This document shows positions 11,560-24,434 of a stretch of 64,000 nt of DNA, piece by piece. Location: positions 558,001 through 622,000 of the forward strand of contig OZ218964.1 of the NCBI GenBank assembly GCA_965112735.1, in the 5' to 3' direction. The first letter of the stretch is position 1. Every line of letters begins with the position of its first letter. The position numbers and the translations under genes are program-made. Source of the stretch: Phaeosaccion multiseriatum (Eukaryota > Protista > Ochrophyta, other classes). The notes under the pieces were generated by a model, which was not told the origin of the DNA, searched no databases, and worked only from the letters and a program-made list of their open reading frames with translations.

Positions 11560-13874
11560 CTAGTCCAACGCGTCAACCCCCATGTACCTCTTTAAGACAT
11601 CGAAGGTGGTGAAGCTGATGCTGATGCCCACAGGCCCCTTGATCCAGTTCATGCTCAGCCCCTTGAAGAGTGCCCTCGGCCCCTGCTCCCTCAGCACTGC
11701 CTGCAGCGTCTGCAGGATGCTTGGCCGCTCCCGAAAGGCTGCAAAAGGGGGGCGGGCGGCGCACATGAGGCATATGGAGGAGTGCGGCGGGGGGCGGGCA
11801 CGAGAATGAGGCAGGACTTGAGGAAGGCGTTGAGTGAGAGATTGATTGCGTGCACGCAGCGTGCCACTGGGTGCCAGAGTAACTGCATGTTGGCAGCAGC
11901 TGACTGACTGACTGACTGACTGACTGACTGACTGACCTGGGTCCAGCGCGGAGTGCGGGCAGAACACCTTGTCGACGCCCGAGTGCTGATCCACCAGCCC
12001 CTGCGTCTGCATGCGCCGCCGCACCACTTCGAAGGGGTAGGTGCAGCTCTGCGCCACGAGCCCCGCGAAGGCTCCGATTGCGAGCTTGTGCGCGGTCTGC
12101 GGCTCCTTGCCCGTGAACACCCGCACCTCGTGCTTGAGGCGCTCGTTGATGGAGAAGGCGATGCCCGCATACGGCACCACCCCCGCCAAGGACGGAGTCA
12201 CCCCGCGGTACAGCGCGCGGTAGCCCTCCTCGCGCCACAGCCCCGTCAGCTCCCTATATACACCCCCCGGCAGATGCCTCTTGACCCCCCCGCCCCCTTC
12301 CTTTGCCCTCGAGCTGCTGCTGCTGCTGCTGCTGCTACTGCTCCTTGACCCCCCCCCCCCCTTCCTCCGCCCCTCCGCGGGACGACTGCTCGTGCCCGAT
12401 ACCCCGCTTCCTCGTCCCGCTGCTGGCCCTTCGGGTGCCGCCCCCCCACCACCTCCTCCTCCTTTCCCCAAGCCGCCCATCGCCGTCTTCGCATGGGAGC
12501 GACAGTGTGTGCTCACCGCGAGTCTGGCGCGGGCAAGGTCCAGCGGGTAGGTGGCGAAGGCGCTGACGGCCCCTGCCGTGGATCCTGACACCAAAGACTC
12601 CAGGGTAGACAGGCGCTCCGTTTTTCTCCGGCGGCGGCGCAAGATGCGGCCTTTTAGCGCGTCAAAGACCTTGGATGAAGGGAGGGGGGGAGGGGTTGTT
12701 TTCAAGGGAGGAGACAGGCATAGCATACGGGGCAAGGCTGCGGGCAGCGGGGCGGACGTACCATGAACTGTGTGCCGGCGTAGGGAAAGACTCGGATCAT
12801 GGTGGCGCTGTTGCCCTTCCACAGCCCGTGCAGCCCCTCATGCTCGACGATACTCTTGGCCAGCAGCCGCACCTGTGGAGAGAGAGAGACAAGAGGGCGG
12901 AGAGAGGGGCGAATGAATGGCTGCCAGGCAACATCGATCAAAGCTTTACGTACTCCACATGTTCTCCGTGGATTGATGGAGAGCTGCAGAGGTGCACTAA
13001 CGGCGCCGCTCTCCTTGCACCACTTCTTACTCCCTTACCTTGTGGAACGAGAAGTGCTCATTCGTGACCTGGAAAAGGATCTTGATGCGGTCCACTGGTG
13101 CTACCACCGATTTGGCTACCATCCCCGCCAGCCCGCCCGCCACCATCCTCTTGGCCGTGACGAGCCACTCGTGCCGGTGGTGCTCCACCTTTCCGTTGGC
13201 GAGGGCGGACAGAAACATGTTCCGCTCCATCGCCGGGGGGGTAACTGGGGTGGAGGTTATGATTAGGGCGGAGAATACTTAGACCCAGCCCGACTATCGC
13301 ACGCATCATTAACGTCCCGCGAGCACGCATGCACGCACGCACCCACCTCTGTGGTCGTCGTCCGTGATGGACTGCAGGTGGATCTCCTGGTCGTCCTGCT
13401 CCGTCGCCATGAGGTGGCAAAACTCGTGGAACTTTATCCGCCGGCGCTGGTCAGGGTGAAAGCAGCACGCAAGGAGCATTACAGGCCGGGTCCGATAGAG
13501 AGGAAAAGAGGGGGGGAGAGAGGGAGAGCAAGAGATTTTACACCACGAAAGCTCTGCTGGCCTCTGCTCAACTTGAGCCCGCCGCGCCCGCCACCATTCG
13601 AGTGACGCGAGACCACACTCACCTTCTCCGCCTCGTCTACTTCTGCACCCTGCTCCTCATCTTCCTCTTCGTCCTCGTCCTCCTCCAGGGTGTTCATCAC
13701 ATCCTCAAAGGCCACGGTGCCCTGCTCATCTGGGTCAAGGCTATCGAAGACCCTCCGCATGGTCTCTCTGCTGCGAGCGGGTCGCTTCCTCATCCTCCCC
13801 GGACCAGCAGCAGTCTTGACCTGAGCAGCACTCTCCGCAGAGCTCTTGCCCTCGCCTTCTCCGTCGGAGGCCAT
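11560..13874 (-). CDS. SLC25A42: Mitochondrial carrier, SLC25A42/Leu5-like coenzyme A transporter, with N-terminal EF-hand pair, 6 exons
   Basis: Three carrier repeats (APVDRIKILFQ; TYPLDLARARLAV; TYPFEVVRRRMQ) and subfamily-typical segments LWKGNSATMIRVFPYAG and KGLSMNWIKGPVGISISFTTFD. In-frame 5' exons encode MRRVFDSLDPDEQGTVAFEDV and RIKFHEFCHLM. Confidence 0.88.
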
Positions 13875-14172
13875 TCTCACGAGCTACTTCTCGAGCTTTC
13901 AACCGCCTTGCCTTCTCCTTCCCCCCTCACAGACACGCCTCTCGCCAGCGGTACGCTACATCAGTGCCCTTCGCATCCTCTATCGTTCAACAACGTTCTC
14001 CTGGTCGCTCGCGAAGGACTTTCCTACTTATGACTATGTGTTGCTCAACTCTGTCTTTGTGGTAAACAGGGTTTTGGGGGTTTTGTTGGCCTCCGTGAGC
14101 CTCCAGACTCAAAAGAGGAGAGAAATATCCCTCGTCCACTGCCCCGGCGAGTAGGCTGGCAGTGAGGTCGTG
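13875..14172. promoter_or_regulatory. Short divergent (bidirectional) promoter region between the CoA carrier and OGDH E1
   Basis: The two ATGs (13874 minus, 14173 plus) face away from each other 298 bp apart. Confidence 0.6.
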
Positions 14173-17100
14173 ATGCAGGCCTTACGGAGAGGAGCTGCGG
14201 GCTTGCGCTCCCATCAGCAGCGGCAGCGGCTGTGGGGCGCGACGAAAACAGCGGCAGCTCGACATGGACCGGGGGCGAGGCCGAGAGAGGCCTGCGCGAG
14301 GGCGTTCAGCGCTTCTCCCGACAACTTCATGCAGGGGGGGAATAGCGTGTACGTGGAAGAAATGTACGAGGCGTGGAAGGAGGATCCCTCGAGGTAAGAG
14401 AGGGCGAGAGAAGAAAGGAAAAGTAGCGAACACGAACATGGCCTCACTCACTCAGGGGGAGGATGTGAGCCGGGAGGAGAGTGCAGGGTGTGTACACACG
14501 GAGGCCTTCAGATGCAAGCGAAAGACCTTTCTGGACACGGGATAGGACTGAAGGAGCGCTTCAGCGGCGAGAGAGGGGCGAGAGTCCTCGTACTCAGAGA
14601 GAGGGAGGGGACAGCATTTGTGCCCTCGTTATCGCCGGGCGCCGGGGCCATTCACGGACTGTGCAGCGTCCAAAGAGTCGAGACCAGGTTAGGCGGCTTC
14701 AGGAAGGGAGTGCAGCTCTCACTCCCCGGGCCTGACGGTGCAGCCTTGGCCTAAAGAATCGAGCACCGAGGGTGGGCGGGAGATGGTCCAGATGGGTCTG
14801 AAGGGCCGCGGGCCTCGGCTTTGGACTCCGCGCGTGCGGCAGCACTCGACAGGCTGCGCATTCACCTACTTGTGTTCATTCTCACGGGACGCGTTGCACG
14901 GTCTCTTGCCCAGAGAAAGACCTCTCTCTCTCTCACCTCTCGCCTTGCACGAGTCACCCCTGTTTCTCTCTCACTTCCGCCGAAGCAGCGCCTCCTTACC
15001 TCCGTCCCCTGTCTGCCGTGTGGTGCCACCGACCGACCTCAGTGTGCACTCGAGCTGGCGCGTCTACTTTAACAATGTGGAGAGCGGCATCAGCCCGGAT
15101 AGCTCGTCGGCCTTCGCCGCCCCTCCCCGCTTTATGAATATCCCCACGGCCGTCCCCGCCTCCCCGCAGGAGATGGACGGGGAGACGAGCGATTCCCTCG
15201 GTGTGGCGCATATCATTCGGGCCTACCAGGTAAAGGGGCGAGGGAGAGGGGGAGGGAGAGCTGCCACTCCACAAAACCCCGGGGCTCTAGGGTACTAGAA
15301 TCGTCTCGACCGACACACTCACACACACGCACACACACACACGCCACCACAATCTTCTTTCATTTATCGCATCACTCACGGCACTCACTCACTCGCTCAC
15401 GCACGCACAGGTGCACGGTCACCAGAAGGCCAACCTGGACCCCCTGGGGATCCACTCGTGGCGCTCCTCCTCCGCCGAGGGCTCTCGCATCCCTCCGCCT
15501 CCGGAGCTGGACCCCACCTTCCACGGCTTCGGCCACGACGACATGGACAGGCAGCTCAAGCTCAAGGGGAGGGGCACGGGGGGGCACCTCGGCTACCTCG
15601 AGGAGCTCGCGGCGGCACCCAAGGTACAGTATAGGCAGATCTGTAGGCATATGGGTAGGCAGATCCATCGATCAGGCTTTGAGGGGGAAGAGGAGAGGGT
15701 GATATCGTCTGTCCCTTGCGTCCGTCCATCGGCCGCGGCGTCGCTCACGCCCCCTCCCCAACTCGCTGTGCTGTGCTGTGCTATGCTACTCGCTACTCTT
15801 GCTCTTGTCGCTCGCAGATTACGCTTCGGCAGGTGATGAACCGGCTGGAGCAGACATACTGCCACACACTCGGCGTGGAGTACATGCACATGACCAGCCG
15901 CGAGAAGTGCAACTGGATCAGGCTCAAGGTGGAGAACCCCCTGTGGCTCAAGTACACGCGCGAGAAGAAGCTGCACATCTACGAGCGGCTGTGCTTCGCC
16001 GATACGTTCGAGGACTTTCTACAGAACAAGTACAACACCGTCAAGCGCTTCGGCCTGGACGGGGGTGAGGCGGTTATCCCGGGCATGAAGACCATGGTGG
16101 ACGTGGGCAGCGAGATGGGCATCACCTCCTTCGTGCTGGGCATGCCGCACAGGGGACGCCTCAACGTGCTGGCCAATGTGCTGCGTAAGCCCATGCCGCA
16201 GATCTTCAAGGAGTTCCAGGGTACCCACTATGACGTGGACGAGGTCATGAGCAAGGAGGAGGAGAACGACTGGTCCTCCTCGGGGGACGTCAAGTACCAT
16301 CTGGGCACCTCCATGGACAGGACTTACCCGGACGGACGCAGGTGGGGTAGTGGTGTTCGTGTTCGCTTGCTTTGCTTTGCTTTGCTTTGCTTTGCTTTGG
16401 CGGGCCCAGCATCCCGTCCGTCCGTCTGTCGCTCCCTTGTCCTTCTTTGTCCTCTCGCTGCTGGAAGATGGCGTCCGTCCACTCGAGGCTCCGCTCATCC
16501 CCCCATCCACTGCGATCCCCCATCCACTGCCATTCCCCCATCCGCTGTGTACAGGGTGCACATGTCCCTGGTGGCTAACCCCTCGCACCTGGAGGCCGTG
16601 GACCCCGTGGTGGTGGGCAAGACTCGCGCCTCTCAGTTCTACAGGGGCGACACAGAAGACTCCACCCGATCGGCCATGGCGGTGCTGCTGCACGGAGACG
16701 CGGCCTTCGCTGGGCAGGGGGTGGTGTACGAGACGATGCAGCTGGCGAAGGTCAGGGACTTTGGGGTGGGCGGCAGCGTTCACGTCATCGTCAACAACCA
16801 GGTAAGTGGGTGCGTGCGTGGGTGGATGGGTAGGTAGGTGGGTGGTTATCACATACTTTGCATTCATGAATGAGAGCATGGGCTGGTATTGGCTTGTTTG
16901 GACTCTCTCCTAATAAACTTGAACTGGAAACAGGTGGGCTTCACCACGGACCCCAGGAACAGCCGCTCCACGGAGTACTGCTCGGACCTGGGCAAGGCCT
17001 TCGAGATTCCCATCTTCCACTGCAACGGAGGTGAAGGGGAGGGGGTCTGTGCACTGGGCAGGGGATGCAGTGGAGTGGGAGGAGGGAGGGAGGGAGGGAG

Positions 17101-20100
17101 GGAGGGGGGGGGGTCTGGAGCCCGACCGAGGACATTGATGTTGGCTTGGCTTGCTTTGTCGTGACTCTTCTCCCCCACCCCACCCCTTCTCGCCCTCCTC
17201 ACACCCCTGCCCGCCCTCCCTGTCCCCCTCTCTCCCCTCTGTAGACGACCCGCTGAGCGTGTGCACCGCCTTCGAGCTGGCCGTGGAGTGGCGACAGACC
17301 TTCGGGGAGGACTGCATCATTGACATGATCTGCTACCGCAGGCAGGGCCACAACGAGATCGACCAGCCGCTCTTCACGCAGCCCACGCTGTACAAGAAAA
17401 TCGCCAACCATCCCAAGACCGTGGAGGTGTACCACAACAGACTGCTCAAGGAGGGAAGCGCCACGGAGGAGGAGCTGCAGGACATCAGGAAAATGGTGCT
17501 CAAGAGCTACGAGGAGGACTTTGAGCTCAGCAAGACGTGGGAGACCTCTTCGGACGACTGGCTGGCCAGCAAGTGGGCGGGCTTCAAGAGCCCCCGCCAG
17601 CAGTCGCGCATCCGCCAGACCGGCGTGGACACTATGCTCCTCAAGACCATCGGGGCCAAGTCCACCGTCATCCCCAGCCACATCACGCCACACCCCATGC
17701 TCGCCAAGATCTATAAGGTGTGGCGTCGCCTTGCTGCTCTGAGGAGAACAGAGGCTTGAATGAGGGTGTGAGGGGTTTGGGGCTGAGCCAGCCTAGCGAC
17801 CTAGCAGCCTAGCGACTCTTGTGTTTCTCAAGATGGCGACTGACGATTGATTCTATTTCCTCCTCTTCCTCCCCACCCGCTCGCACGCACTCACTCCCTC
17901 GCACAGGCCCGGCAGACGGCCTTGGAGGAGGGGAAGGGCATCGACTGGGCCACTGCGGAGTCTCTGGCCTTCGGCTCGCTGCTGCTCGAGGGAAACCACG
18001 TGCGGCTGAGCGGCCAGGACGTGGAGAGGGGCACCTTCAGCCACCGCCACGCCGTGATACACTGCCAGAACACCAACAAGACGTACGCCCCGCTCAATCA
18101 CCTCGCCAAGACGGTGAACCCCTCCATGCCCACCTCTGCTCTCAGCTACGCCCCCGACGCGCAGGCCAAGCTCACGGTGCGCAACTCCATCCTCAGTGAG
18201 TTCGCGGTGTTGGGCTTCGAGGTTGGGTATTCGCTGGAGAACCCCAACGCGCTCGTGCTGTGGGAGGCGCAATTCGGCGACTTCTGCAACGGAGCTCAGG
18301 TATGTGTGAGTGTGAGTGTGAGTGTGAGTGTGAGTGTGAGTGAGTGTGCGTGTGTGTGTGTGTGTGTGTTTGTGTCGGCAGGCTCGCAATCCCCACCCAG
18401 CCCCTCCTCTCCACGCGGCACTTGCAGTAATGCCCCCCCCCCCCCCCCCAACACGCACACACACACACACACACATGCTTGAAGCTCGCGCGCCCGTCAC
18501 TCCCGATTCTCTTGTCCCTCCCTCTTACGTGCCCTGTCATGCCCCCCCCCCCTGCCCCCCCCAGGTGATGATCGATCAGTTCATCTGCGCCGGGGAGGAC
18601 AAGTGGCTGCGGCAGTGCGGGCTGGTGATGCTGCTGCCCCACGGCTACGACGGACAGGGCTCGGAACACTCCTCCTGCCGCCTCGAGCGCTTCCTGCAGC
18701 TGTGTGACGACGATCCGGACTACGTGCCGGAGCTCGCCTTCGAGCAGCGTATGCAGATCCAGCGCGCCAACTGGTGAGGAAGGGCGGTTTGGGGGGTGCT
18801 GCGACCCAACCAGTGCAAGGCTTGCAAGGCAGTGCAGGCCCTCTCTTTTGTTCGCTCCTCTGCCGTCTTCTTGCTCTTTCTTGTTGTTCCTCTGTGCTCA
18901 CCTCCCCACCTCCCTCCCCTCCCCCCCCCCTCCAGGCAAGTGGTGAACGTGTCCACCCCCGCCAACTACTACCACGTGCTCCGTCGCCAGGTAAGGAGTG
19001 TCAAGCAAGTGTCAAGCAAGGCCTTCACCTTACCCACCACGCACTCCCTGCGAGTGCCCGTGCACTACAAAGCGCCTGCCCCTCCCCGCTTCACTTGCCC
19101 CTCCCCCGCCCCCCTCTCTGGCCTGAATCCCTACCCCTCACCGCCCATTCACTGCCACCCCCATCCTCATCCCCCACTCATCCACTGCCATCCCCTCAGG
19201 TTCACCGTGAGTTCCGCAAGCCCCTTGTGGTGGCGTCCCCCAAGAAGCTTCTACGCCTCAAAGACGCCGCGAGCTCCATCGACGACATGGGGCCGGGTAC
19301 GCTCTTCCTGCGCGTGTACGGCGAGCAGGACGTGAGCATCGTCAGCAAACCCGCCATGGTGAAGCGCCTCATCCTGTGCTCTGGGCAGGTGTACTACGAC
19401 CTCGTGGCCGCCAGGACCAAGGCGGGCAGGGAGGACGTCGCCATTTGCAGGGTGGAGCAGATCTCGCCCTTCCCCTTCGACAGAGTGGCGGAGGAGTGCG
19501 CGAATGTGAGTGCGTGTGCGTGTGTGTCTTTCATGCTCCCCCTGTGCACAGGTGTATGAGAGCGCATGCAAATGGTGTCTTATCCCCCGTCCTCGTACTC
19601 GCTTTTGTCTTGTCATGTGATGTGCACGTCCCGCCCTTTGCCGCCCACCAGTACCCCAACGCGGAAGTGGTGTGGGTGCAAGAGGAGCCCAAGAACATGG
19701 GAGCGTACTCATACGTAAGGCCCCGCATCATGACCGCTACCAAGGACATCAACAAGAGCGAGAAGAGGCCCCGATACATCGGCAGAGACACCGCCTCGGC
19801 GCCGGCCACGGGTGCGTTGGGGGGGAAGGGGGGAGGGGAGGGAGGGGAGGGAGGGGAGGGAGGGGAGGGAGGGGAGGGAGGGGAGGCAGGAGGCAAAGCA
19901 ATCAAAAGGCTGCGCGGCCTCGTGTTGATGGCGGGGGGCGGGGGAGGCTCTCCCCCTGCGTGGCTTCCCTCTCACTTGCGTTCTTGGCACGATGGCTTTT
20001 CCTCTCCCGTCTTTTCCTTTCCCTTGCCCCTTCCCTTCTATCTGACCTTCTGACCTTTTGATCTGTCTCCCTCGTAATCTCACCCCCCCCCCCCTGCCCT

Positions 20101-20201
20101 TCCTGCCCGTCCTGCCAGGCATGCACAAGCTGCACCAGTTGGAGCACGATGCCATCCTCGACGCCGCCATCAACGAGCACGAGGGTGAGGCGGAGCGGTA
20201 G
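14173..20201 (+). CDS. OGDH: 2-oxoglutarate dehydrogenase E1 component, mitochondrial, 13 exons
   Basis: Arg-rich transit peptide and the motifs [102 protein letters not shown]. All introns are GT-AG. TAG at 20199-20201. Confidence 0.97.
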
Positions 20202-20330
20202 CCCCAGCCTTAACCCTTGCTTGTCTGTCCGTCGTGTATAGTTATGGCCCAGTAAGTCAGTGAGGCGGTGTTGGGGAAGGCAAGTAAAGTAGTGAGCACC
20301 TGGGCAGAGGAGCCCCATCCCCCTCCGGCG

Positions 20331-20404
20331 AGAGGTAGAGCGCTTATGGGCCAATCGCCAGGCAGAGGTAGAGCGCTTATGGGCCAATCGCCAGGCAGAG
20401 GTAG
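20331..20404. repeat. 33-bp tandem repeat, 2.2 copies
   Basis: AGAGGTAGAGCGCTTATGGGCCAATCGCCAGGC at 20331 and 20364, plus a partial third copy. Confidence 0.85.
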
Positions 20405-21045
20405 GGCCGATGCCGATGTGCGTGGGGAGGAGAGCAGCGCTCCTTTGGGGCCCCCAAGTGGCCAATAGGGGGAGGGAGGCTTGGGCGTTGAGAGCGTAAA
20501 GAGTTGTTCCTAACTCGACCGTACCATTGGAGTGGTGCACGTTGCAAGGGATAATCAAAGCTTGGCTGAGGTGCAATGGGCAAGAAACGCTCAGCTGATG
20601 TGAGGTGGTAACACGATTTTGCGACGGGAGAAGCGGCACCATCGGTGCTATCCAAAAGTCTTGTGTTTGCTGAAGGAGAGCCAACTCCATATATTTACTG
20701 AGGGTGCACTACGCCTGAGGGTGCTGCACTACCCCGAGGCAAGGGAGTCCCCACCCCTACCACCCCTACCACGCCTGTCTCCGTCTTCTGGGAGGCAGAG
20801 AAGCTAAGCCACGCCACCACAGGCCCAGAGACTTTACTCGGGGACAGTCCTGTTCGCCTCGCCTCTCCCTCTCTCTCAGAGAGCAGAGCGCATCCGGCCA
20901 GCGAGTGTCCAGGAAATACAGCGCGGTGCATGCGGGTGCTCTGTCTTCCCTCCTTCCCTCTCCCCAACGACCTTCTCCAGAGGAACACCACGCACCCACC
21001 CGCCGCCCATGGGCAAGGACAGGGTCATCGTCGACGATGGTCGAT

Positions 21046-21169
21046 CTAATCCCTCTTGGGGCGGAACCTTGCCGGTGGCTCGCGGTTCCTGCGGGCATCG
21101 CGGCTGCGCGATCGGACAATGCGCTGATGCACGGCGGCCTCGACACAGTAGTACTGCAAACAGAGAGAG

Positions 21170-21230
<61 letters not shown>

Positions 21231-22800
21231 CAGTCGAGAGGGGGCAGGCAGGCAGGCAGTCGGCCAGGGCAGTCGGTCAGTGAGGCAGGCAGACGGAGGG
21301 GCGACAGCGGCCAAACACAAAGACAACAGACGGGCCAGGCGAGGTCCTAGGGAGGGGAGGAGCGGCACAGATACAGGCATACGCACACACGAACACACGC
21401 ACCTGCTTGATGTAGAGCTTGGGCAGGGCGTAGTTGTCGTACACGGAGGCCTCACGGATGTCCCTGAGGGAGGACGCGTCCACGATGTTGCGCACGATGA
21501 AGCGCTTGATGGCCTTGTCCTTGGGGATGGCCTTGGCGGTGGAGGCGCACCTGGACAGAGGAGGGGGAAAAGGAGCGCAGCGTGGGCCGGGGTCAGGGTC
21601 GGAGTCAGTCGTAGGGTGCGGCATGCGGGGCGGCAGGAACACCTCGGGAGGGGGGCTCTCTGGAGGTGAGCACATGTGCTGGAAAGGGGACTCATCCTGC
21701 GGTTCGGGAGCCTCAAGTCTCAAGGGTGGCTGCTACTGGCTACTGCTGCTCGTGCTGCCGCTCGAAAATCACAAAATCGAAGCCAAAAGAACATCTTTCG
21801 CCGCTGCCTCTGTGGGCAAGTTCGCAGGAGAACGATACCGAATGCCCTCCTCCATCCTCCTCCACCTTCGTCGCCCCACACAGTACGGCACACACAGCGA
21901 GAGCATTTGTCCGCCAAAAGCAGCTGCGTGTGGCCCATCGATCGTACGGTCTCCGCGCCGCTCGTCTATTCTTCTCCCCCCCCCCCTTTGGCATGAGGAA
22001 GAGCTCGGTACCAGCTTGTCTTGTTCGAAGAAACGTCCTGGAGTCCAGTGCCTCCCAACCTCACAGAGAAGGCGCATATTTCACGCGCATTGGCCTGCCT
22101 GCCGCCCACGACCAATCCTCTTGTCTCCTCCACTATGGCAGCTTTGCCTCACGCGGTATGGAGATGACCGCAGAGGTCCAAAAAAGCCAGCAGCGGTAGC
22201 CTGGTAAGCGCTCCAGCGACTTATAAAAGCAGGGACGCATCTTCCCGTCTCTTCGCCATACACACACAACCCTCTTCTCCTTCTCTGCTCACTCAGCTTG
22301 CTGGCAGCATCATCCTACCCTCCTTAATATCCTCCCCCAGGCTTCCCGCTCTTCATATCTCTTTATCAGCTCTCCGTCCCCTCTCTCCCGTTACCCAGCA
22401 AATAATCAAGCACAGACAAATGCGTCTCTCAGCGAAGCTCGACGCAGAGTGCGCCACCATAGCACATGCGAGAAAAGGAGGGAGCCAAAAGCGCGTCCCG
22501 TCCATCTGCTGCTGCTGCCGCTCCCCGCCACCCTTCCAGAGCGCAAAACTCTTCTCGAAAAAGAAGCCAGCACGGTAGATCCCGGCATCCCCTGTTCCTG
22601 AAGGCAGCGCGATGCTTCCAAGCAGAAGAGAGAGCGCTGTCTCTTCTCCCCAACCCCCCCCCCTGCCTTCCCGACAACTCTGAGGCAAGGAGCACGACAA
22701 ACAGGCACCGGCAAGCAACGTTGTTTCGCACGCACCTCACACGCTTGACGTGTCCCCTGCCCTTCTTGTTACGTCCGTGGTTTCGCCTCTTGACAGTCAT
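21046..22800 (-). CDS. RPS26: 40S ribosomal protein S26 (eS26), 3 exons
   Basis: MTVKRRNHGRNKKGRGHVKRVR|CASTAKAIPKDKAIKRFIVRNIVDASSLRDIREASVYDNYALPKLYIKQ|YYCVEAAVHQRIVRSRSRDARRNREPPARF...*. Confidence 0.97.
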
Positions 22801-23122
22801 GGTTAGGCTATTGGCTCTCTGTAAACCCCGCCGTCCCCACCCAGCCAGCCCCAAACCCAGGGGGGCTAGCCCATATACCTGTGTTTTAAAAAATCGGATA
22901 TCAAATCGATGGGCAGATGGTGCTTCATGCGCGCGCTTATTTCAAGCCCCGCCAGAGTTTTCTTTGCTTTTTATTAGTCTTCTCCAGAAAGCGTGGCCAC
23001 CTGTGCGGCGTCTTCCACGATAGCAACCCCGATCTGTGTGTGTGTTATTCGTCTGTACCCAGTGGAGCAGGAGTGTTGAAGCAGAAGAAGCTTGTTCGCT
23101 ACCTCGAAAGAAGGCTGAAGGT

Positions 23123-24097
23123 ATGATCGATGGGGAAATCAATGATAAAATCACTTCGGTAGCACAGGGAGGGGGCACCAGTGCGCCCGCAGCTGGGGCC
23201 GACAACTCCGGAGACCTCGTGGAAGCCGTGTCTGCCGTGGTGGGCCAGCTGGACATGATGGAGGAGCTGGTAGAGCGGTACAACCCCGCCAAGGCGGACA
23301 ACTTCCACAACATGATGTGAGTTCGGGGCGGGGAGATTGGGGAGGGGACGTGAGAGGCACGTGTGCGCGACGTGCCTCTGTTGCTCTGCGCTGCTTAGCC
23401 CTCGTTTGGTGTGGACGTTCTCTCTGCAACTCTCATCTCCCTTCTCATGCGCACACAGCTCGCCCCTCCTTGTTTTTCTCTTCCAATAGCGGGCACCGGG
23501 GACTTTAATGGACTGATGGGTGATTGCCTACATCTCTGGGGCTATGCGTGGCTTAATCGTATCTGGTGTTGCTCTCTTGAATGCTGAATTGTAGTTCGCC
23601 CCTCATTCCCGTCGCTCCCCGCAGTAACGACTACGTGTCGCTACTCAAGAACGTGGACAGCCACAAGGACCAGTGCGGCGCGAGAGTGCCCATCGACGCG
23701 TTGCATCAGCTGGACGCAGATGAGGACAACAACCCCGAGCAATACAGTCAGAAACTGCTCCGGAGGTGAGCCGAGGCCGATGGGGGAGGGGGCTCGTGCT
23801 GTTGACGGCGCACAATGCTTTTCATATCTTCTCTCTGTCATCGAGTTGCGACGGGCCGCAATGCTCACCATGCCTTTCCCCTCCCATGCTACCTCGCGTA
23901 GGTGTAAGACGGACTTCGAGCAGCTGGGGCACCGGTTGGAGGGCGTGGACCTGATCCGAGAGGAGCTGCAGCTCGGTTGGCTCTCGGCAAAGGACACCAG
24001 GGAGGCCAACTTGGGTTGGGCAGACGCCCCTGCTGTGGCCGCCGGAGGGGGCGGCGAGGGGGGGGGGCAGGAAAATGGCCGTGTAAGTACTGATTGA
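23123..24097 (+). CDS. MED10: Mediator complex subunit 10 (Nut2)-like, 3 exons
   Basis: Short helical protein ...LVERYNPAKADNFHNMI-NDYVSLLKNVD...RVPIDALHQLDADEDNNPEQYSQKLL..., matching the MED10 pattern VP.E.L..ID.G.NP..YT. Confidence 0.75.
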
Positions 24098-24434
24098 TAG
24101 AGGTGTGGACTGACTTCCTACTAGAAGTGTGATTCTCGAATTCGATTGGATGATTTTCCCTTGCTCGCTTATGGCAAACGCTCTGATGCATGGGGTCAGG
24201 GCCTGATGCTTTACCGTCAAAGGCGAAAATAGAAAATAGTGTATCTTCGAAAGAGAAGGGGAAGTGGCACGAATACCACCGTTATATAATTGTAGCCCTT
24301 TCGGGAATTGCAAACACAATGTCTTTCTTGCCCTGGCGCTGCGGCCCGAGTCCCCCCCCCCCCCCCGGCCTGCGGTATATCTCCCTCTGCTCTGAATATT
24401 GCGCAAAGCTGTCGTCCTCTCCCTCACCCTCCCC

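Noticed and set aside
20715-20740. LRVLHYPE match to the zinc-finger gene (~46802-46826) and to 2OG-Fe(II) oxygenases
   Set aside because: The similarity covers only about 20 bp, does not extend on either side, and has no HxD motif or ORF context.
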